This document shows, one piece after another, positions 56,824 to 64,000 of a DNA stretch of 64,000 bases (position 1 is its first letter; each line of letters opens with the position of its first letter). The stretch is taken from the NCBI RefSeq assembly GCF_009914755.1, contig NC_060931.1; one strand, given 5' to 3'. The notes beneath the pieces were generated by a model. That model did not search any database and was not told the origin of the DNA. It saw only the letters and a program-made list of their open reading frames with translations. The translations under genes were made by a program, and so were the position numbers. The DNA comes from the human T2T-CHM13v2.0 reference genome, Homo sapiens.

Positions 56824-56981
56824 TAAGGTTGCCAGATTCAGCAAATAAAAATGCAGGCTACCCAGTGGAATTTGAATTTCAGGCATACTTATAGGTGGGG
56901 CAAACTTATACTAGAAAGTACTTGCTGTTTATCTGAAATTCAAACTTAACGGGGCATCCTGTATTTCACCTGGCAACTCTA
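56824..56981. mobile_element. MER53 palindromic hAT MITE
   Basis: Inverted ends taaggttgccag / ctggcaactcta and internal tttgaatttcag / ctgaaattcaaa. Confidence 0.8.
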
Positions 56982-57142
56982 CATGCTTCCTTTATTCTTG
57001 GAACCCAAAGTCTTTCTTCCTCATAAAATACACTTTATGATGAATATGCTAGGCACTAATCAAGTGTTTCTTAAAGAATGCTCTGTAGACTATTAGGAAT
57101 CACATTTTAGAAAAAGAGTCGTGTGATTAAAAATGTGGATGT

Positions 57143-57437
57143 TTTTTCTTCTTTTTTGAGACAGAGTCTCGCACTGTCACCCAGGCTGGAGTACAGTGGC
57201 ATGATCTTGGCTCACTGTAGCCTCTGCCTCCTGGTTTCAAGTGATTGTACTGCCTCAGCCTCCTGAGTAGCTAGGACTACAGGCCTGCGCCACCACACCT
57301 GGCCAATTTTTGTATTTTTAGTAGAGACGAGGTTTCACCATGTTGGCCAGGATAGTCTCCATCTCCTGACCTCGTGATCTGCCCGCCTCAGCCTCCCAAA
57401 GTGCTGGGATTACTGGGGCAAGCCAACATGCCCGGCC
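57143..57437 (-). mobile_element. AluS element
   Basis: Reverse Alu dimer. Confidence 0.93.
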
Positions 57438-57885
57438 ATGTATTTTCTTTAATGCAGGTTCTCTTGGATTCTCCCATTTGCCAATGCACATCAGGAGATC
57501 CAAGAGCAGGATATGATAGAAGTGGGTCCCCAATTTATTTGACCACTGAGTGGTTTCCTTTCTTTCCGAAGTTTCTCACAGGACTGAAATTTTTGACAGA
57601 ACACACTTCTTATTCTGCCAGTGGTCCATCTGTCTTTATTTGTGATGAGTTCAATGAGTATTTTGAACTGCCTTACTGATTTACTTTACTTTCCTCTCCT
57701 CTTTTGTGCTGAGTGGCTTCTAAGGTGGTTCATACACAGCAGGTTGAATCCAGATTTCTTTTTTATCTGAGAGTATTTTACAGTCTCCCTTTGTAACTAG
57801 AGTAGGTTTAGTTAGAACTGGAGTTTACAGTGTGGGGTCTTTATTTTACCTTCTCGTTGAATGAAGGGCATCCAGAACTGGTGTA

Positions 57886-58101
57886 TAGGGCCAGTATGTA
57901 ATTTTGGGGGCCCAAAACAAAAATATGGGGCCCCTTGTTCAAAAATGATTAAGAATTTCAAGATGGAAACAGCAGAGCATTAAACAAAATGTGGGCCCTG
58001 GTTCAAAGGCACAGGTCACAGCCAGGCCCTGTTCAAAGGCACAGGTCACAGTCACGCCCTGTTCAAAGGCACAGGTCACAGCCTGCGAAGCCAGCCCACT
58101 G
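57886..58101 (-). mobile_element. MER91A-like hAT-Tip100 MITE carrying an internal triplication
   Basis: ggggccccttgttcaaaaatgattaagaatttcaagatgg..cagcagagcattaaac. Confidence 0.7.
57995..58084 (+). repeat. Three-copy 30-bp tandem repeat
   Basis: gttcaaaggcacaggtcacag at 58001, 58031 and 58061. Confidence 0.95.
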
Positions 58102-58324
58102 CATTGCCATCTTCGGTGCCAAGAAGCTGAGAGAGCCCTTGCCCAGAATACCCCAAGAAGAGTTTTCAGAGGCTAATCACCAGCACTATCTTCATATACC
58201 AAGAGTTTGTAAGAGGAAGCAAGGGCATGAGACTGGGCCCCAGGGAACAAAGACACTTTTGATATTTTGTTCATTGTGAATTTTTGTATTAAAAACATTG
58301 TATTAAATATTTATTTTGATTTTG

Positions 58325-58750
58325 GTGCTTTTTTCTGCTTGGGATGCCATAACTAAACATCACAGACTGGATGACTCAAACAACAAAAATTTACTTCTCA
58401 AAGTTCTGGAGGCTGGGAAGTCCAAGTTCAAGGTGCCATTCAGTTAGGTTTCTGAGGAGAGCTCTCTTCCTGGCTTTCAGATGGTTGGCTCCCTCCTTCT
58501 TGCTGCCCAATCTCACATGGCCTTGACTCTGAGCATGTGTAGGGAGAGGGGGAAAGAGAGGAAGATATTCTACTTCTTCTTATAAGGCCACTAAGAAGGC
58601 CCCATTCCACAAGTGCCTTACCCTTACGACCAAATCTGACCCTTATTACCTCCCCAAAACTCCCAAAAATCTCCAAATACCATCACATTGTGGGGTCAAG
58701 CTTCAATATATGAACTGGGGGCAGGACACAAACAGTCTGTTTATAACAGA
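58325..58750 (-). mobile_element. MLT1A-type MaLR LTR
   Basis: gatgccataac...cacagactgg...aagttctggaggctgggaagtccaag...ccaaataccatcacattg. Confidence 0.85.
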
Positions 58751-60203
58751 TGCCCCTATGTGCCAGGGTGGGTGACACACTCACTTCATCTTTGTCTTAG
58801 CCCAGTGGAAGATAATAAAAAAGTTATGTTCTATCATTATTTACTCTAAAAAATATGTTTAAAAGGGAAACATTTCCTTCATTTATGTTTTACAACTCAC
58901 CCAGAGAAAAGCTAGTGCAAAATCTGGAACCATTCTTGAAGACTTCACATAGAAGTGAAAAAAGTAAGACTAATCGATTATTCTCTCATTAGAATGACAC
59001 TTGTTTTTCATGAGTGTTTGTTTCAAAGAAAAATTCCAAAAAAAAAAAAAAAAAGTGGCGGCCTAACATATTTTATCTGCTAATTTATCTTCTGGGTGTC
59101 TTCTCCTTTCTTAATATTAATAAACAGTTATCTGATTAATTATAACTTCTGAGTGATGTAAAAGAGGCTGGTCTTATTGAACAAATCACAGCTTTAATTT
59201 TTTTCTTGTTTTTAGACTACTGTTGGTTTATTGCTTTGAATTTTGCTTACTTGTGGTGGCTGTTTCTGCACGCCAAGGGTCCATTTCTTCCTATTTGGAG
59301 GAAAATGCTCTTTTCTTTAGCAGGTGAGCCCTCTTGTACTTTTAGCCCACATGCCTTCTGTGGGGCTAAGTCCCTTGCTAATAGGTTAGACACAGGGCCC
59401 AGCCTTGGCCAGTCAACAAATTCCATCCTCTGGATGAAGCCATTGGTTGGGAATCAGCCTGGATCCCTAGTGAGCCCCACGAAAGTTGGCCCCAGGCTTT
59501 TGATGGCACTACTGGGAAAGGGGCCTCCTTTTCTCCGAGGTTGCTGAGCAGGAAGGACATCAGCCTGGAGCTGCAGGTGGCATCTCGGCCACTCCTGAAG
59601 GTGGGCCTACTGAGAAGAATGTACGGAGGGTCCTGATGGCATTCCTGAGCATCAGGATCAAGCCATGGTTGAAGCAAGGTCTATGTCAGACTTTTAGTTG
59701 TAGGAGAAATAAAATCACTTAAAAAAATTCTGGTTTGAGTTTCGTCATTTACTACTAAGAAGTACTGACACAATATGTTAGCAATTTCAGAACTGGAGAT
59801 GAGCAATGATTGCATTGCAAAAGTGGCCTCTCTCATTAATACCCGAGTCAGTCTGAAGGTGCGTTCACCAAGACCTTGCCCCAGACTCTGTTAAATGTCC
59901 CCTAGAAACACGTGATTGCTACACTTGTGATGAGGAGTTGTAGCTACTTGCTTATCGGTATCTCTCCTGGACTGTGACAAGCCCTTTAGGAGGCTTTTTT
60001 AGGGGGCAGGGACACGATGAGGGAAGGTATTCATTTTAGTGCTTACTAGAAGTATCTGTGCCTTTTAGAAATTTGTATCCTTTTGCCTGGCATGTACCTC
60101 CATCTGTGTGTGTCAGGGGCCAACTATGCAACTAGGAGTTCTCTGAATTTACTTCCCTTTAGAACAATATATTAAAACTCAACAGCAACAGCAAAATCAA
60201 TTC

Positions 60204-60368
60204 TTTTTTTTTTTTTTTGAGACAAGGTCTCACTCGGTCACCCAGGCTGGAGTACAATGGCAGGCATGATCATAGCTCACTGCAGCCTTGAACTCCTGGG
60301 CTTAAGCAAACCTCCCACCTCAGCCTCCCAAAGTCCTGGATTATAGGTGTGAGCCACCACACCCAGCT
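60204..60368 (-). mobile_element. AluJ/FAM-type monomer
   Basis: Reverse monomer; TSD aatcaattcttt on both sides. Confidence 0.85.
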
Positions 60369-60386
60369 GGAATCAATTCTTTGGAA

Positions 60387-60702
60387 CAGAGGTGGATTAA
60401 CTTTTTCTGTTGAAGGCCACATAGTAAATATTTAAAGGTTTCGTAGGTGGTAAGGTCTCTTCTGCCGTTGCAATGTGAAAGGAGCCATAGACAATATAGA
60501 CACAAATGAGACTGGCTGTATTCCAATAAAACTTTATAGACTGTAAAATTTGAATTTCATACAGTTTTTACATCACAAAATACTGTTCTTCTTTTTATTT
60601 TTTTCAACCATTAAAAAAGATAAAACCATTCTTAGTTGTCGGCCTATAGAAAAACAGGTGGTGAACTGAATTTTGTCTATGGGCAGTAATTTGCATACCC
60701 TG
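60387..60702. mobile_element. MER58B-like hAT-Charlie MITE
   Basis: ctttttctgttgaaggccacatagtaaatattt...gcagtaatttgcataccctg. Confidence 0.75.
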
Positions 60703-60717
60703 GTTTAGAATTTAGAC

Positions 60718-61195
60718 CAGCACCTTCAAATGGAAATGTAATTTAAAATTTTCTGTTATCTATAGTTAAAAGAAACACAAAAAGGTAAAACTGATTTTAA
60801 TAATGTGTTTGGCTGACTACTCCAATGCAACCAAACTATCATCATTTCAACATATATTCAATATAAAAATTTATTACAGTATTTTACATTCTTTATTTTT
60901 TGTTCCAAGTCTTCCGAATATGGTATATATTTTACATTATAGCACATTTCCATTTGTATGACAAATTTTCATCTGAAATACTTGATTTGTTTTCAGATTT
61001 CACAAAATTTATGGTTGAAAAATAGATTAACATACACAAGGTGTTAGAAAACATTCTGAAAGTTTTCCAGTTGTTCAATCAAGTATCGGTTTTTAAATGT
61101 AAGTTAATTAAAATGAAATAAAATTTAAAATTCAGTTTCTCAATAACTCTAACCATATTTTAAGTGTTCAATAGCAACTATATTGGACAGCACAG
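60718..61195. mobile_element. MER33/Charlie1-like DNA transposon fragment
   Basis: aatgtaatttaaaattttct...tatattttacattatagcacat...aaaattcagtttctca...tattggacagcacag. Confidence 0.65.
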
Positions 61196-62879
61196 ACTTA
61201 GATCAACAAAAAGTTTTCGTTGTTGTTGTTTTTTTTTGTTTTTTGTTTGCCAGGAGGAATATTTGATCACTGTCTTCATTTAGAATTGCTAGAAAACAGT
61301 GATTATAAAAAGCAGGTAGACTATATCCACCAAGTTGCCAGAGCACAGAGTTCTTTTGAAATCCACTTAAAATGCTTTGAAATCCTCTCTAGACAATGCA
61401 GATCCCCACCTTGGTTCAGCCCTGGAAACCCTCTTGCCTGGAGTGCAGTAACCAAGTTACAGAGGAATATGACACATTGCCAAAGAGGTATCAAGTTGAA
61501 GATCCTATAGGGCGTGGTCAGCAACAGTGAGGATCTCAAACTTTCTCCCAAGTGGGTGGCCAGTCACTGGAGGACTTTCAGCCGGCTCACCGTGGCTGCT
61601 GCTCTATGGGGAATAGGCTTACCAGAGATGAAACAAAGTTGAGGGCAGTCGTGAAGTTATTGCAGGTGGACCATGATGGTGCCTGCAGGGCCACGATGGA
61701 GATGAAGCAAGTGAGGCACCTGGGGTCCTAGATTTAGGGAGGCACTCACCCCTAGGATCATGCAAGTGCTGCTGTACAATCCTGCCAGTGAGCACCTCAT
61801 TAAATTTTGGCCCTGGCGGCTTGGACAAGAAGGCTTCCAAATAAAAAGTGAGAGAAGTAGCCAGAATTGGGATATATTTTGAAGGAAGAACCCACAGGTT
61901 GTACTGACGGATTGGATATGGGATGTGAGAGCAGAAGAGAGAAGCCGGGATGATACCACATTTCTGGTTTTCTGTAAACCCAGCTGGCCCCTAGTGTAGC
62001 CCGCTTTGCTCTTTCTGATCCATTGCCAAGTTACCAGCGCACAGAGTTCTTTTGAAAGTAGGAGATCTTCAATTAAACACATTTTGAAATTGCAGAGAGA
62101 TTTAGTTATGCAGCTCCAAGCTGCTTCATTGTAACAAAGGTCACACTGTACATAAAGCTGGATGGCTTATGGTTCCAGTTCACTGTGAACGAACACAGGG
62201 ATGGCTTGTCCTTTAATGCCACTTATCAGAAGTCTCAGCAGGCCTAGGGACCATAGGGTGGCATTGCAGCATTAACTTGTTTTTGCCTTTCTGGAATGCA
62301 AAAGCTGCTGTGACCCTTCACCCCATGAAAGCAGGGCATCAGCCCGTTCCCTCGGCTCTTCCTGGAGGCTGCACTTGCTCTCCAAACAGCTGCTCCTCTA
62401 GGTCTGCAATGGAAATCCAGGCTTGCTCTTACCCCCCTTCCTCCAGTCATCTCTACCCCTTTCCACCCTTCTTAAATTCCATTTTACAACACACAAAGCA
62501 AGATAGCCTTTGTTAAAAAGTTTAATGTTCTTAATTAGTTGAATCGGTTGGGCTAATTAGAATACCAATTAGAACTGGCAGGGCTATCGTTAATTTGAAA
62601 GTGCTGTGGTCTAGTGTTAATCGCTATTAAACCTTAGAGTTTGTGAAAGATAGAGAGGATGAATTCACAAAATACTATTTTAAATGTTAAAGGTCTGTGG
62701 TCAGAAGGATCCTGCCTGACAGTGAGTATTCTAGGGACGCATAAACCACAGAGATGGTGCAGTTGTCGAAGACTTGGGTGCTGCAAGGGGCATAAGTGCC
62801 TCCGTTTTCAAAAAATGTTAAAAAGTCTGAAATGTGTTTTGCTAAAATAGCCCACCAAATAGACTAATGATCTGGAATG

Positions 62880-63217
<338 letters not shown>

Positions 63218-63955
63218 GTGTTTAAGTTACCAGGGTGCAAAAAAATTTCTGCTGTTTCCAGAGCTGTGTGTCACCTTTGACTTATTACTTCCCAAGTATA
63301 AGGAGCAATCCACACAACTAAACCTCTTTTATTTCTGGCCACTGTCTGAATAAGAAATTAGAAACAACAACGAAGTCTTTGCACCAAATCTTCATATTGG
63401 GGCTTGCAGGTGTGAAAGTCTTTATATTTTCATGTCTCATTTGGAGATGATTAAATGGATAAACAAGTCCTAATTTGTTTTCAGAGGAATATAAAAATCC
63501 TTCTTCATTTCCTCAACAAGCAAATATGGAATGGACAATTACAACTATTCTTACCGTGCATCCTCTGAGTTCTGACTTTATTTTTCCTCTATTCCAGTGA
63601 TAAAGACAGAAGGTATTACCATCTACTATCCTTGCTGGTATCTTCTCAGTATATCTGATAATTTTCCAGAAAATAAACCATGCAGTTTATAGAAAACAAA
63701 TATAAACATATATTTCATCATATGTATTATGGCATAGTTAGAAAATAAGAAATCTATCTTTTTAGATGGTGAATTGCTTTACAAAGGATATAAAAATGTT
63801 CAGTTCAATTGCTACCTTAGATCTTCTTGGAGGTAAATTTAAAACAGACAGACAGAGCAACAAATACATAAATGACTCAGCGATTACCAGTGTAGTATGA
63901 TGTGTGGACAAAAACTTGCAGGAAGGAAAAAGGGTTTATAACCCAGAATCTTCCC

Positions 63956-63958
<3 letters not shown>

Positions 63959-64000
<42 letters not shown>
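63959..64000 (+). repeat. (TG)n microsatellite running off the window end
   Basis: Perfect GT run. Confidence 0.95.

Noticed and set aside
57995-58084. CRISPR-like appearance of the 30-bp repeats
   Set aside because: Eukaryotic DNA, head-to-tail units without unique spacers, no cas genes

Overview
Mammalian, almost certainly human, genomic DNA (primate Alu and L1PA repeats; the protein matches human NEUROD6 from memory, chr7p14 region). The only supportable protein-coding gene is NEUROD6 (ATOH2/MATH2/NEX1), a neurogenic bHLH factor on the minus strand. Its single-exon CDS is at 41939-42952, behind a short non-coding first exon (~44277-44410) and a 1.3 kb 5'UTR intron. The promoter is CpG-poor with a CRE and CAGATG E-boxes, while a strong CpG island lies just downstream of the 3' end (~39650-40830). 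The rest is gene desert with Alu, L1, L2, MIR, MaLR/ERV LTRs, hAT/mariner MITEs and microsatellites. Repeat subfamily names are from recognition by eye, not a database search. I found no new protein-coding system. The best leads are regulatory or structural: (1) splicing of the 5'UTR intron regenerates a near-identical 5' splice site and leaves a junction-spanning uORF unchanged; (2) three uORFs packed into the short leader; (3) an orphan 3' CpG island with an RE1/REST-like site; (4) staggered poly(A) signals interleaved with neuronal miRNA sites; (5) a ~90% identical inverted duplication of an ancient hAT fragment whose high identity stops at a MADE1 insertion; (6) a triplicated 30-bp unit multimerising TCF/LEF and nuclear-receptor motifs.
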